Shown: one piece after another, positions 18,740-28,357 of the stretch
How the letters are laid out: each line of letters opens with the position of its first letter
Position numbering within the stretch: the stretch's first letter is position 1
Assembly (NCBI GenBank): GCA_964425625.1
Contig: CAYRMI010000001.1
Span: forward strand, 866 to 64,865
Source of the DNA: an uncultured Candidatus Saccharibacteria bacterium
GTDB taxonomy: Bacteria; Patescibacteriota; Minisyncoccia; Phycocordibacterales; UBA918
DNA: 64,000 bases
Direction of reading: 5' to 3'
The notes under the pieces: model-generated
Database searches by the model: none
What the model was told of the DNA's origin: nothing
What the model saw: the letters and a program-made list of their open reading frames with translations, nothing else
Program-made: the position numbers and the translations under genes

Positions 18740-21121
18740 TTAATCCCCTACTATTAAGTTAAGAATTCGACCCGGCACGTAGATTACTTTTTTTATATCT
18801 GTAGTGGTGGCATATCTAATAATATCCTTATTTTCTAAGGCTATTTTAATCACATCCTCCTCTGCTGCCGTTGGACTTATGGTGATAGTTGCGCGTAATT
18901 TTCCGTTGATTTGCACGCCCACAGTTACCATTTCATTAACCAGGAGTTTGGGGTCTGCGACTGGGAAACTGGCTAGATGAATTGAAGCTTCATGACCTAA
19001 ATTTGACCATATTTCCTCCGTCAAATGTGGAGCAAACGGAGCTAACAGGCGAGTAAACAGCTCATAAGACGAAACTGAAAGACCGTACTTTTCAGCATGA
19101 TTCACAAATATCATCATGGCACTAATAGCGGTATTAAATTTAAAGGTCAATATATCCTCACCCACTTTGGCAATGGTCTTATGCAAGAGGGCTTCAGTAT
19201 CTTTGGGATCGGTTTCAGTCAGGTGGTCACCCAAACCATATACTCGCTCAAGAAAACGTCTAACTCCGGCTATACCGCCAAGATCAAATGGGTAGTTACT
19301 GCCTTCATATGGTCCCATAAAGGCCAAATACATCTTCACCGTATCAGCGCCGACGGTCTTTACATGATCATCGGGATCAATCACATTACCCTTACTTTTA
19401 CTCATCTTATTGCCATCCGGGCCGAGGATGAGGCCACGGTTGATGCGTCTTTTGTATGGCTCGCTCTCAGTCACTAAACCTAAGTCCAAGAGAGCTTTTT
19501 GCCAAAAACGCGAATAGAGTAAGTGCATAGTGGTATGCTCGGCCCCACCAAAGTAGATATCAATTGGCATCCAATCCGTCTGCTTTTTGAGGGAGGCTAA
19601 GCCTCCCTCATTATGATTGTCTAAATAGCGCAGGAAGTACCATGAGGAATCCACAAAGGTATCCATCGTTTCTACTTCAGGAGTCCAACCCTGGCCAAAA
19701 ATCTCTTCCGTGCGCTTTTTTAGCGCTTCGCTTTTAGCTAGTGGTGCAATACCAGTCGGCTTGAAATCAACATCTTCAGGTAAAAGCCATGGTAGATGTT
19801 CCTCTGGCACAGCGTGTGCTTTCCCTTCCGGGTCATAGACAATCGGAATTGGTACGCCCCAGTAGCGTTGGCGTCCAATTGACCAGTCGCGCAGACGGTA
19901 AGTTGAGGTCATCTTCCCGCCCACTTTTTTCACAATGGCTTCTTTCGCTTCTTCGGAGTCCATGCCATTAAACTCCCCGGAGTTAATTAGTACCCCCGCG
20001 TTCGCAAAAGGTATTGGATTTTCGCCATTGATTACTTGCTTTACTTTTAGATTAAATTTCTCCGCGAAAGCAAAGTCTCGTTCATCATGCGCTGGCACGG
20101 CCATAATGGCGCCTGTGCCGTAGCTGCCAAGCACGTAGTCTGAGATGTAGACTGGGATCTTCTCGCCACTAGCTGGATTGGTGGCAGTTATTCCCTCGAG
20201 TTTTACCCCCGTCTTCTCCTTAGTGTTATCCAAGCGATCTTGATCATCCTTCTGTTTGGCTTTGGTAATGTAATCGGCCACCTCATTCCAGTTTGCTATA
20301 TGAGTCTCACTCTCACCCACTAATGGGTGTTCTGGCGCCAACACCAAATAAGTCGCTCCGTAAAGAGTGTCTGGTCTCGTCGTAAAAACCTTAACCCTTC
20401 GTTTAACCGAAAGTTCAAAGTCTATCTCTGCGCCACGGCTACGGCCAATCCACTGTCTTTGCGCTTCTTTGATATGTTCGGGCCAATCAAGGGCGTCGAG
20501 GTCATCGATTAATCTATCCGCATACTTGGTGATCCGGAGCATCCATTGAGGCATTTCGCGCTTTTCTATGACATCACCAGAGCGTTCACAGGTGCCATTG
20601 GCGAGCACTTGCTCGTTAGCGATGACCGTATTGCAACCCGGACACCAATTGACTGTGCCCTTGCCTCGATAAGCCACGCCATTCTCAAAAAACTTGGTGA
20701 ACATGGACTGGGTCCATTTGTAGTATTCCGGATCAGTTGAGTTACAAGTCTTGTCCCAGGAGAAAGAGTTACCCATGCTCGTAAGCTGGTCTTTCATGTA
20801 GGCGATGTTGTCATTGGTCCAAGCTTTGGGGTCCAGGTTGCGTTTGATAGCGGCGTTCTCGGCCGGTAGACCAAAGGCATCAAAGCCCATGGGGTAGAGG
20901 ACTTGCTTACCCAGCATGCGCTGGTAGCGGACGTAGATATCAGGGACAGCAAAAGCATACCAGTGACCGATGTGGAGATTGCCAGAGGGGTAAGGCCACT
21001 CCACCAGCACGTATTCTTTCTCTTTGCTTAAATCGCGCTCGCCGACATTATAGAGACCACTTTCCTGCCATTTGGCTTGCCACTTCTTTTCAATCTCTGC
21101 GCTATCAAACTTTTTATGCAT
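18740..21121 (-). CDS. leuS: Leucine--tRNA ligase
   Basis: PYPSGNLHIGH, FTTRPDTLYG, GTGAIMAVPAHDERD, KMSKSKGN. Confidence 0.98.
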   Translation of the reverse strand: MHKKFDSAEIEKKWQAKWQESGLYNVGERDLSKEKEYVLVEWPYPSGNLHIGHWYAFAVPDIYVRYQRMLGKQVLYPMGFDAFGLPAENAAIKRNLDPKAWTNDNIAYMKDQLTSMGNSFSWDKTCNSTDPEYYKWTQSMFTKFFENGVAYRGKGTVNWCPGCNTVIANEQVLANGTCERSGDVIEKREMPQWMLRITKYADRLIDDLDALDWPEHIKEAQRQWIGRSRGAEIDFELSVKRRVKVFTTRPDTLYGATYLVLAPEHPLVGESETHIANWNEVADYITKAKQKDDQDRLDNTKEKTGVKLEGITATNPASGEKIPVYISDYVLGSYGTGAIMAVPAHDERDFAFAEKFNLKVKQVINGENPIPFANAGVLINSGEFNGMDSEEAKEAIVKKVGGKMTSTYRLRDWSIGRQRYWGVPIPIVYDPEGKAHAVPEEHLPWLLPEDVDFKPTGIAPLAKSEALKKRTEEIFGQGWTPEVETMDTFVDSSWYFLRYLDNHNEGGLASLKKQTDWMPIDIYFGGAEHTTMHLLYSRFWQKALLDLGLVTESEPYKRRINRGLILGPDGNKMSKSKGNVIDPDDHVKTVGADTVKMYLAFMGPYEGSNYPFDLGGIAGVRRFLERVYGLGDHLTETDPKDTEALLHKTIAKVGEDILTFKFNTAISAMMIFVNHAEKYGLSVSSYELFTRLLAPFAPHLTEEIWSNLGHEASIHLASFPVADPKLLVNEMVTVGVQINGKLRATITISPTAAEEDVIKIALENKDIIRYATTTDIKKVIYVPGRILNLIVGD

Positions 21122-21185
21122 AACAAACCCCGCTTAACGAATAAGTAGTAGTTTAGTATGCCACGAGTTTGCGAGGATGTAAAAA

Positions 21186-21806
21186 CTACCTGTAAAGTAC
21201 CTGTACTAGGTCTACTGGCGAATTCAAGATATTCTCGTTAGGGAGTTCTGTCAGTAATTGTTCTTTCGAGCAGTAACCCCAAGTCACTCCAATTAGTTTA
21301 TGGGGATTAATGATGTCCTTAAGTTCGTATATATCTGCTAGTGTGTCTGTAAAGTAATACGCTTCTGAAAATTCGATCCCCCAGTCTTGGCAGATTTGTT
21401 CAACCTTCTCCTCTTTTGAGTGGTGGTCTTCGAAAGCTAGTATATGCGTAAAGTCTAACCCCATTTTTTCTATAGCTGGCTTAACGTAGTTTTGAGAACC
21501 GCTTGAAACAACTGCCATCTTTGTGTTTGTTAGCCTCTTAATTTGCAAAATAAACTCATTAAACAAAGGGAATCCCTTTTCATGGACCAATTTTCCTCCG
21601 TTGGATATACGCTCATGTAGTACGGCTAGGTCTGCCTGGGTCAAGGTGTGATTACGAGCGTGATGAGGCTTTTGGATAGCGTAAACATTCAAATCTATAA
21701 AAGCACCTACTTTCCCATTTTGTTTGTTTTGCTGATTTTGCACTTCCGTCCAGACATTATAAGTATCACCCAAAACACCATCGAAATCAAAAATTAGGAA
21801 ATGCAT
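21186..21806 (-). CDS. HAD-family hydrolase
   Basis: IFDFDGVLGDT motif I, VVSS motif II, TD..D motif IV. Confidence 0.85.
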   Translation of the reverse strand: MHFLIFDFDGVLGDTYNVWTEVQNQQNKQNGKVGAFIDLNVYAIQKPHHARNHTLTQADLAVLHERISNGGKLVHEKGFPLFNEFILQIKRLTNTKMAVVSSGSQNYVKPAIEKMGLDFTHILAFEDHHSKEEKVEQICQDWGIEFSEAYYFTDTLADIYELKDIINPHKLIGVTWGYCSKEQLLTELPNENILNSPVDLVQVLYR

Positions 21807-21817
21807 TTAATATGAAT

Positions 21818-22753
21818 TTAACGAATTGGTGCGACGGCTGGCTTCTTGAAGGCTTCGAGGTCAACTACTCTTTCAAAGCAGTAATTTCCAGCGCTATGTG
21901 ACCAATTGTACCCGCCTTTGATTGGCTGACCAAACTCGTCATATTCTATTTGTGTTAGAAATTCATCTTCACCACTAGCTTCGGCAAAAGTAGCACAGAG
22001 ACGGAAACCTTTATCAGTCAGCTCATAAGTGTATGGTTCGCGTTCTTCGGCTGCTACTGGTAATGGGCCAGCCGCTGGTAATTCTTCTAGACTCTTAGGC
22101 AACTCTCCGTTTAGGGTGACGTAATTTTCAATTTGGTACTGGATCGCTTGCAGATCTGTTACTTGTTGATCATCTAAGCGCATTTGGCGTACCTGGTCTG
22201 GAGTCTCAATGTTCATAAAGCCATAAACTAAAGAAGTCATAACCACAACAGCCATGCCTATACCGTAGGTAATAGATTTTTTCTCCTCTTTTAACCAAAA
22301 ACCTCTAGCATCTAACAAATAATAATAAAAAGCTGAACCAACGACGATAAGTACAGCTAATGCTTTAAGAATAAAACGTACGGTCAACTCACCTTCTAGA
22401 AAAGCCATCACGACAGCTACCAAATCACCCAAGAGGGCTGCCCCACCAATGAGGAGAGACAAATAGATTAACCACTTCGTTAATCCTAGATAAGCACTAC
22501 TAGTGTCTTGTCTACGGGCGAGATTAACTAAACGTGTGAGGACTATGTAAGTAGGGAAAAAGACCACTACCATCGCAATACCCAACCGGATGCTGGTGCT
22601 AGCACTCTCAATGGCCCAGTAACCTTCGGCAGCATCAGGAAACTTTAAGTTGATTAGACCAAAAATTAAAACGATTAAAAATGATACTGATAAGTAAAGA
22701 CTAATAAGTGAACCTAACTGAAGCACGAAGTGCTTGGAGGTATGATTTTCCAT
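21818..22753 (-). CDS. Multi-pass membrane protein (DUF5671-like) with pilin-like C-terminal domain
   Basis: About five TMs, TKWLIYLSL, RLDDQQVTDL, LPKSLEEL, FRLCATF...GNYCF. Confidence 0.65.
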   Translation of the reverse strand: MENHTSKHFVLQLGSLISLYLSVSFLIVLIFGLINLKFPDAAEGYWAIESASTSIRLGIAMVVVFFPTYIVLTRLVNLARRQDTSSAYLGLTKWLIYLSLLIGGAALLGDLVAVVMAFLEGELTVRFILKALAVLIVVGSAFYYYLLDARGFWLKEEKKSITYGIGMAVVVMTSLVYGFMNIETPDQVRQMRLDDQQVTDLQAIQYQIENYVTLNGELPKSLEELPAAGPLPVAAEEREPYTYELTDKGFRLCATFAEASGEDEFLTQIEYDEFGQPIKGGYNWSHSAGNYCFERVVDLEAFKKPAVAPIR

Positions 22754-22853
22754 ATACTAATATTATACGCTTGTTTTTGGGGAAAAGTAACAAAATGAAA
22801 AGCCACTTCAATTGCTCGAAGTGGCCTTGCTGGTGCTCAAGTGGTGGGCGTAA

Positions 22854-23591
22854 CTAGTACGCAGGAACAAATTCAATCCGACACCAGGCCTTAGACCATG
22901 AGTTTGGCCTCAAGCTGATGTCCTTTCTTATTCCAGCCTTCGGCTTGAGGCAGATGTATTTATCTGGTTGGTCTGACCAGACAACGACCTGGTCATAACC
23001 TTGTAACCGGAGCCAGTAGATACCCTGATCTACTTGCAGATACACCAGACTTTCTTTGAGATCAAAAATCCGCTCCGTGTTAACCTCGGTACCGCTATCA
23101 ATTAAGACCTGACCTCGCTCATAGACCGACCATTTCTTCCCTGTCGTTGGGAAATATGACTGTAGTCCGTAAGCTAAAGGCATGGGCGTAACGGCCCGGC
23201 ACCTTTCATTTCTAGAGATCTTGAACTGATAGTCCAAGGCATGACCATTGGGAGCGAGATTGATTCTGCTGTGAAGCCTGAAACTCCACTGATAGGCTTC
23301 ACGCGCCTCAATGTCCATTTCAAAAGATCGATATCGGCTGTTGCCTTCATGGTCAGATATCACCGGGTAGAGTCGACTAAGTCCACGAATGATGCCGTAG
23401 TTGGGCAACTTCACTCCCCGCCAAGCTGGTGTTTGTGCTACTTCACCAGAAATCGGTGCGTCAAGGTAGAGTCCACCTGGCAATCTTCCTTCCGGCATCC
23501 CGAAAGCGGGGTGAAGTAATTTTCTGCCACCTGGGTCTGTCCAAGAGAGCACGTTCCCGACATGGTCAGTGACGAATTTGGGCAAGGGCAT
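22854..23591 (-). CDS. Galactose mutarotase/aldose 1-epimerase-fold protein, catalytically degenerate
   Basis: Paralog of 23757..24494; GG..AP..G, MPLAYGLQSYF, VVWSD..KYICLKP; SD AGGAG. Confidence 0.65.
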   Translation of the reverse strand: MPLPKFVTDHVGNVLSWTDPGGRKLLHPAFGMPEGRLPGGLYLDAPISGEVAQTPAWRGVKLPNYGIIRGLSRLYPVISDHEGNSRYRSFEMDIEAREAYQWSFRLHSRINLAPNGHALDYQFKISRNERCRAVTPMPLAYGLQSYFPTTGKKWSVYERGQVLIDSGTEVNTERIFDLKESLVYLQVDQGIYWLRLQGYDQVVVWSDQPDKYICLKPKAGIRKDISLRPNSWSKAWCRIEFVPAY

Positions 23592-23715
23592 ACATACTCC
23601 TGGGTTGGTTTTGGATCACGAATAGAATTCAGAACGAAATTCCGTTTTGATATTGCGGGTAATTGTCTTTCTTGTCAATCTAAACGCAGGTCATTTAATT
23701 GTCCTTCTTACAAAA

Positions 23716-23752
23716 GGAAGACCCACAGGACTGATGTCCTGTGGGTCTCTTT
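23716..23752 (-). terminator. Intrinsic terminator between the epimerase-like paralogs
   Basis: agacccacaggac-tgat-gtcctgtgggtct stem with T-rich tail on the minus strand. Confidence 0.7.
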
Positions 23753-23756
23753 GCCT

Positions 23757-24494
23757 TTACCCTTGGTAATAAGGATCAATGATGTACGTAATATTACACG
23801 ACCCACAGCGTGACTCCCCTGGAGCGAGCAGTACCTCTGCACCATTTCCTAGAGTCGGTTCAACGCACAGGTATTGCGAAGGATCATCTGTCCAGATGTT
23901 CATCTGGTCATAACCGGAGGTATTCATCACAATTACACCACCGTCGACCGCAAATGTCGTGCTCCGGCCATCAAGTCCAAATTGTTGTGCCGAAGACAGA
24001 TCGTCTGTCGTTGTGACCTTTGTTTCTCGACCATACTTCACTACGGTCTCCTTCCTTTCATAGGTAGCAAAATACGGACATAAACCAAACATCAAAGGCA
24101 TCGGTCTAGGATTTGTACAGTTTACCTGTCTCGTTACTTCGATTCTGTGTGCCAGATGAAGACTATCCTTTCCTTCAACAATAGAGATCTGAACGATATA
24201 TCGCCAGGGAAATATCGGCGTCGGTTGCGAAAACGGAAACGAGTAAATAAAGCCTTTGTGGGTATTCTGACACCAAACCGGCTCGACCGAACTCAGAGAG
24301 CGAACAGTGCCGTGTCGAGGCAGGATAACCCCCTCCCACGCTTTCGTCTGTGGCACTTCTCCAAAGACTGGCGCTGCCACAAAAGCTCCGCCGCGAATTT
24401 TTTTATTCTTGTTTATGGTCTGTGGAAAGAACACATCATGACCGCAATCAGTACGCCAAGCTCCGATGGTGCCAGGATGATTAAGTCTTAGCAT
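23757..24494 (-). CDS. Galactose mutarotase/aldose 1-epimerase-fold protein
   Basis: IRGGAFVAAPVFG, LPRHG, MPLMFGLCPYF, IWTD..YLCVEP, LAPGES; SD AAGGAG. Confidence 0.75.
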   Translation of the reverse strand: MLRLNHPGTIGAWRTDCGHDVFFPQTINKNKKIRGGAFVAAPVFGEVPQTKAWEGVILPRHGTVRSLSSVEPVWCQNTHKGFIYSFPFSQPTPIFPWRYIVQISIVEGKDSLHLAHRIEVTRQVNCTNPRPMPLMFGLCPYFATYERKETVVKYGRETKVTTTDDLSSAQQFGLDGRSTTFAVDGGVIVMNTSGYDQMNIWTDDPSQYLCVEPTLGNGAEVLLAPGESRCGSCNITYIIDPYYQG

Positions 24495-24616
24495 CTATTT
24501 CTCCTTGTTTGATTGAAATCTAACTAATGGAAAGAAAATCCTTGACTAGGATGCCATAATCTACAATTTTGTAAATAAATAAGAATTTTTCATTAACTAT
24601 GTCATAATAGACTTCT

Positions 24617-24886
24617 ATGAAATCAGATGATTTGAAAAAAGCGCCAAAGCTGTTTTGTGAAAGCGTGAGTGTGGGATTTACGCCGGAGTATTTTGTCATG
24701 GCACTTAGCTCTGGCACCCAGGCCTCAATTTATTCATTTACACCTCAACACCTCAAGCGTTTGCGTGAGTACTTAAGTCACCAAATTAGTGAATATGAAA
24801 AAGAACATGGTGAGATAAAAGTTGAGTCAAACAAGAGTGTAGTCAGCCCAGTACAGAGACTCAGTCCCCCGAGTGAGTTGAGTTAG
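24617..24886 (+). CDS. Small hypothetical protein (DUF3467-like)
   Basis: 89 aa; beta-strand N-half and TPQHLKRL..L...I.EYEKEHGEI helix. Confidence 0.7.
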   Translation: MKSDDLKKAPKLFCESVSVGFTPEYFVMALSSGTQASIYSFTPQHLKRLREYLSHQISEYEKEHGEIKVESNKSVVSPVQRLSPPSELS

Positions 24887-24948
24887 GTAGGACCTTTATA
24901 ACTTCTCCTATTTTTACATAGGCCTTTCCTATGCAATTTGAACCAACG

Positions 24949-24975
24949 CAAAGGCCCGACTAGATCGGGCCTTTG
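24949..24975. terminator. Hairpin between convergent genes
   Basis: caaaggcccga-ctaga-tcgggcctttg. Confidence 0.65.
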
Positions 24976-24989
24976 GAGAACTGCAGCGA

Positions 24990-25271
24990 CTAGCGAAATC
25001 GCAAGCGTCTCATCGGTGGCATCTGTTGGTTGTGTCGGTTGAGCAGATACTGCAACAAGTCGGCCAAATTTCTGTAAAACTCACCAACATCGGTGCCTAG
25101 TACCTGGATAAATTTTTCCGTAGTTTGCCTACTCTCCACTTCTGCAAAAAAATCATACAAGCACAACCCTTTCACAATACCATCACAGTCTTTACAGCTT
25201 TTTAACTGCCTCGTTAGCTCGAGGCAATTCCAGTAACCTGGATATTCGCGTAAGCTAATATACCTGGCCAT
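24990..25271 (-). CDS. Hypothetical protein (ORFan)
   Basis: 93 aa, SD GAGGT, downstream hairpin; four Cys including CKDC. Confidence 0.6.
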   Translation of the reverse strand: MARYISLREYPGYWNCLELTRQLKSCKDCDGIVKGLCLYDFFAEVESRQTTEKFIQVLGTDVGEFYRNLADLLQYLLNRHNQQMPPMRRLRFR

Positions 25272-25368
25272 AAATTACCTCGAAATATGAGTTTAAAGAA
25301 CGCGTTTTTTTCTTTTGTAATTTTGCAACCAATTGCTAGAAAGCACAAATTAACTTAGTTTTCATTAT

Positions 25369-26469
25369 CTACCCCACCATAAATTCAATCACATCGCCAT
25401 CTTTAACGATATAGTCTTTACCTTCGGTACGGAGCTTGCCTTGTTCGCGGGCTTTAGCCAGTGAGCCAGCGGCTACCAGGTCGTCAAAGGTTACTACCTG
25501 AGCGCGAATATATTTCTTTTCAAAATCAGTATGAATGGCAGCGGCAGCTTTTGGTCCGGTTGACCCAATCGGTACAGTCCAGGCATGTGTTTCCTTTTCG
25601 CCCGTCGTAAGGTAACTCATAAGGCCGAGACGGTGATAGCAGGCACGAATCAGGTTCTCAACGCCACTTCCCTGCGCCCCATACTCGCGTCTAAATTCAT
25701 TTTTTTCTTCATCGTTTAAGTCTCGCAGTTCATGCTCCATCCCGGCATCTACTACCACATACTCAGCGCCAGTTCGGTCAAAAAATTCTACCAGTCGAAG
25801 CCAGCGGTCGTCATTGTGTTCGTCTAGGTTGTAGCCATCCGTCATTTTATTGCAGACGTATAAGAATGGCTTCATGGTCAAAAGATGCAGTCCTTTGATG
25901 AGCTTTTGCTCTTCCTCGTTCATAGAAAGTGAGTTGGCAAGTAAGCCACTCTCCAAATGTGGCAATAGTCTACTTAGTAGTCCATGCTCAACTTCAGCTC
26001 CTTTATCACCACGTTTAGCATCACGCTCAACATTACTAAGTCGCTTACTGACTGTCTCAGCATCGGCCAAAATTAATTCTAAGTTGATGACTTCAATATC
26101 TGAAAGTGGGTCAACTCCACCGGTCACATGATGGATGTCTGAATCTTCAAAAATACGCACCACTTCAGCAATCATATCGGTCTCCCGGATGTTGGCCAGG
26201 AATTTATTACCCAGACCCTCTCCCGAAGCAGCTCCCTCTACCAATCCGGCGATATCCACAAATTCTACGATAGCCGGAATAATTTCCTTTGAACCAGAAA
26301 TAGCTGAGAGAGTAGCTAATCGACTATCAGGCACAGCGACCACACCAACCGAAGGGTCGATGGTAGCAAAGGGATAGTTGGCAATCAGCACCTCATTTTT
26401 GGTCAGAGCCGTAAAGAGCGTAGATTTACCTACATTAGGGAGACCGACAATTCCGACTGATAGAGACAT
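25369..26469 (-). CDS. ychF: Redox-regulated ATPase YchF
   Basis: GIVGLPNVGKST, ANYPFATIDP, DIAGLV..AS.GEGLGNKFL, EGKDYIVKDGDVI. Confidence 0.97.
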   Translation of the reverse strand: MSLSVGIVGLPNVGKSTLFTALTKNEVLIANYPFATIDPSVGVVAVPDSRLATLSAISGSKEIIPAIVEFVDIAGLVEGAASGEGLGNKFLANIRETDMIAEVVRIFEDSDIHHVTGGVDPLSDIEVINLELILADAETVSKRLSNVERDAKRGDKGAEVEHGLLSRLLPHLESGLLANSLSMNEEEQKLIKGLHLLTMKPFLYVCNKMTDGYNLDEHNDDRWLRLVEFFDRTGAEYVVVDAGMEHELRDLNDEEKNEFRREYGAQGSGVENLIRACYHRLGLMSYLTTGEKETHAWTVPIGSTGPKAAAAIHTDFEKKYIRAQVVTFDDLVAAGSLAKAREQGKLRTEGKDYIVKDGDVIEFMVG

Positions 26470-26588
26470 AAAGAGTTTTGCATAAATAAATAAGAAGAAA
26501 TGCCTTTAAAAAGACACATGTCGGCGAGTGTAACAGAAATACTACATTAATAAAAGCTAATCCCCGACTTATATCGGGGATTATCATT

Positions 26589-26720
26589 TTATTTTTTTGT
26601 TGGTTTATTACCGCGGTTTTTTACCGCTCCCTCCATGCGACTGGCAGTACGATGGGGTGCTTGTTGATTGCCAGTATGGTGGTTGGGGTGACCAAATTGT
26701 GAACCATGTATGTTTTTCAT
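26589..26720 (-). CDS. Putative 43-aa basic His/Asn-rich small protein; not in the ORF track
   Basis: MKNIHGSQFGHPNHHTGNQQAPHRTASRMEGAVKNRGNKPTKK*; TACAAT box just upstream and hairpin taatccccga-cttata-tcggggatta immediately downstream. Confidence 0.5.
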   Translation of the reverse strand: MKNIHGSQFGHPNHHTGNQQAPHRTASRMEGAVKNRGNKPTKK

Positions 26721-26927
26721 ATATAATATTGTACTCCTACCGGTGCCGATATAGCAACGTCAACAAGTGCGCCAAACTATAGTCAACATAATGGCGATTA
26801 TACTTAATTTATAAAAATGACCTGAGTATAAAAGCCCTTGTCAAAATTAAAATAAGTTGTATTATGCTAATCCCGTACATGAGGGAGGAATCCATCATGC
26901 GGCATGTTCCAAGACGGAGACCAAAAA

Positions 26928-27275
26928 ATGAACCTGACCATAAGTGGTCATCACCTGGAAGTAACCCCCGCGTTGCGGCAGTACGTGGTCGACAAACTCG
27001 ACCGAGTCGAGCGGCACTTCGACCAGATCGTCACCGTCAACGTGCTGTTGACGATCGAAAGGCTCAGGGAAAAGGAACGTCGGCAAAAAGCCGAAGTCAC
27101 CCTGCACATGAAAGGGCGCGATATCTTCGTCGAGCAGGCCCACGAAGACATGTACACCGCCATCGACCAGTTGATGAACATGCTCGACCGCCAGGTGGTC
27201 GAGCACAAGAACAGCAAGCAGGACCCTCGACCCAAGGATTGGAAGTGCCCAAAGCGGGCGCATATCCCAACCTGA
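26928..27275 (+). CDS. hpf: Ribosome hibernation promoting factor (short HPF/RaiA family), betaproteobacterial type
   Basis: MNLTISGHHLEVTPALRQYV..KL.RVERHFDQ, HEDMYTAIDQL..LDRQV; SD GGAGA; followed by a terminator. Confidence 0.92.
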   Translation: MNLTISGHHLEVTPALRQYVVDKLDRVERHFDQIVTVNVLLTIERLREKERRQKAEVTLHMKGRDIFVEQAHEDMYTAIDQLMNMLDRQVVEHKNSKQDPRPKDWKCPKRAHIPT

Positions 27276-27323
27276 AAACCAAGTCGGTCTAACCATTACC
27301 TGGTAGTGGTTGACCAACCAACC

Positions 27324-27346
27324 AACCGCAGCTTCGGCTGCGGTTT
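27324..27346 (+). terminator. Intrinsic terminator after hpf
   Basis: aaccgcagc-ttcg-gctgcggttt. Confidence 0.75.
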
Positions 27347-27412
27347 AACATATATACTGAATTGTTATTAAATAAAAAAATCAACAAATTTTAGTGCTAT
27401 TATGTTATTTAT

Positions 27413-27844
27413 ATGGATAGCCTACGTTTACTCTTAGTGCAAAACCAGAACAATCTCGACCGGCTACGGGCCCGGGCCAGGTATTTGAAAACCCTTATTT
27501 CTTCCTCCAACTATGATACCCATAAACAGTATGGTCCTTATGCTGAATTTTGGGATGAGTGGTATGAGCAAATGCAAGCAATCTTTACTGATTTAAAATC
27601 AGACATTAGAGCGACTGAGGAATTTATCGCTGAACTGCGAGAATTTATATTTTGTATGGAGACGGAACAAAAACCAGTCCGTGGTTACAAGAAACGACTT
27701 ACTGAAATGAACTCACTTTCTCTTGAAGCAATTGCTTGCCAACATGACATGCTACATATAGCAGACACCCAACTGGCCGAACACAAAGAATTTACCCACA
27801 AGTTACTCTTGGTTGAAGCCATCGACAGCTTAAATGAGGATTAG
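27413..27844 (+). CDS. Hypothetical helical/coiled-coil protein
   Basis: 143 aa ORF with heptad-like composition; ends near the hairpin at about 27888-27909. Confidence 0.6.
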   Translation: MDSLRLLLVQNQNNLDRLRARARYLKTLISSSNYDTHKQYGPYAEFWDEWYEQMQAIFTDLKSDIRATEEFIAELREFIFCMETEQKPVRGYKKRLTEMNSLSLEAIACQHDMLHIADTQLAEHKEFTHKLLLVEAIDSLNED

Positions 27845-27910
27845 TATAACTTTAACTAAACCCAAGTTAAGTTTCTTTTAAACAACTAGACCACCAAAAG
27901 TGGTGGTCTG

Positions 27911-28204
27911 TTAGATTTCAGCGATTGCCTGAATACCTCGGTTTGTAATTTCGAATGCCGGCATAAGGATATCGTATGGCCCTTCTTCAACATATTCCAA
28001 TCTCACCCACTTAGCACCTAAAAAGACATTGAATTTCCGTAATACTTCTGGTTCAAATTCGTTGACCAACTGTTGATATCCTGAGGGATGAACTGGTGGG
28101 TGACGTCTGACCAAGATGGTGGCCATTTCTTTTGGTGTTATAAGAGAGCCATGCTTCCGCATTAGATCAAGAACCTCTTTGGACTTAATTTCGCTTGCCC
28201 TCAT
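27911..28204 (-). CDS. Hypothetical protein, possibly winged-helix
   Basis: Start reassigned to MRASEIK after SD AGGAG; C-terminal FEITNRGIQAI resembles the wHTH Y.IT..G motif. Confidence 0.55.
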   Translation of the reverse strand: MRASEIKSKEVLDLMRKHGSLITPKEMATILVRRHPPVHPSGYQQLVNEFEPEVLRKFNVFLGAKWVRLEYVEEGPYDILMPAFEITNRGIQAIAEI

Positions 28205-28357
28205 TTCTATTCTCCTGTTTGAGAGATTGAATTTTCCAATTATCATTGTACTTCTATACTTATCTTAACAGAAAAGGCTATTTAAGCGATAGTTGAATAA
28301 GTGAAATTGTATAAACTGATATTTTTTATGCCAAATTTAGGGTAGAATAATTAAATC

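Noticed and set aside
19700-21100. Raised GC in the 5' half of leuS as a sign of an insertion or intein
   Set aside because: The protein is colinear with normal LeuRS and of normal length; the shift was not quantified.
26864-27317. Overlapping ORFs 26864..27292 (+), 26895..27317 (-), 26951..27235 (-) and 27097..27282 (-)
   Set aside because: Alternate frames of the GC-rich hpf gene.
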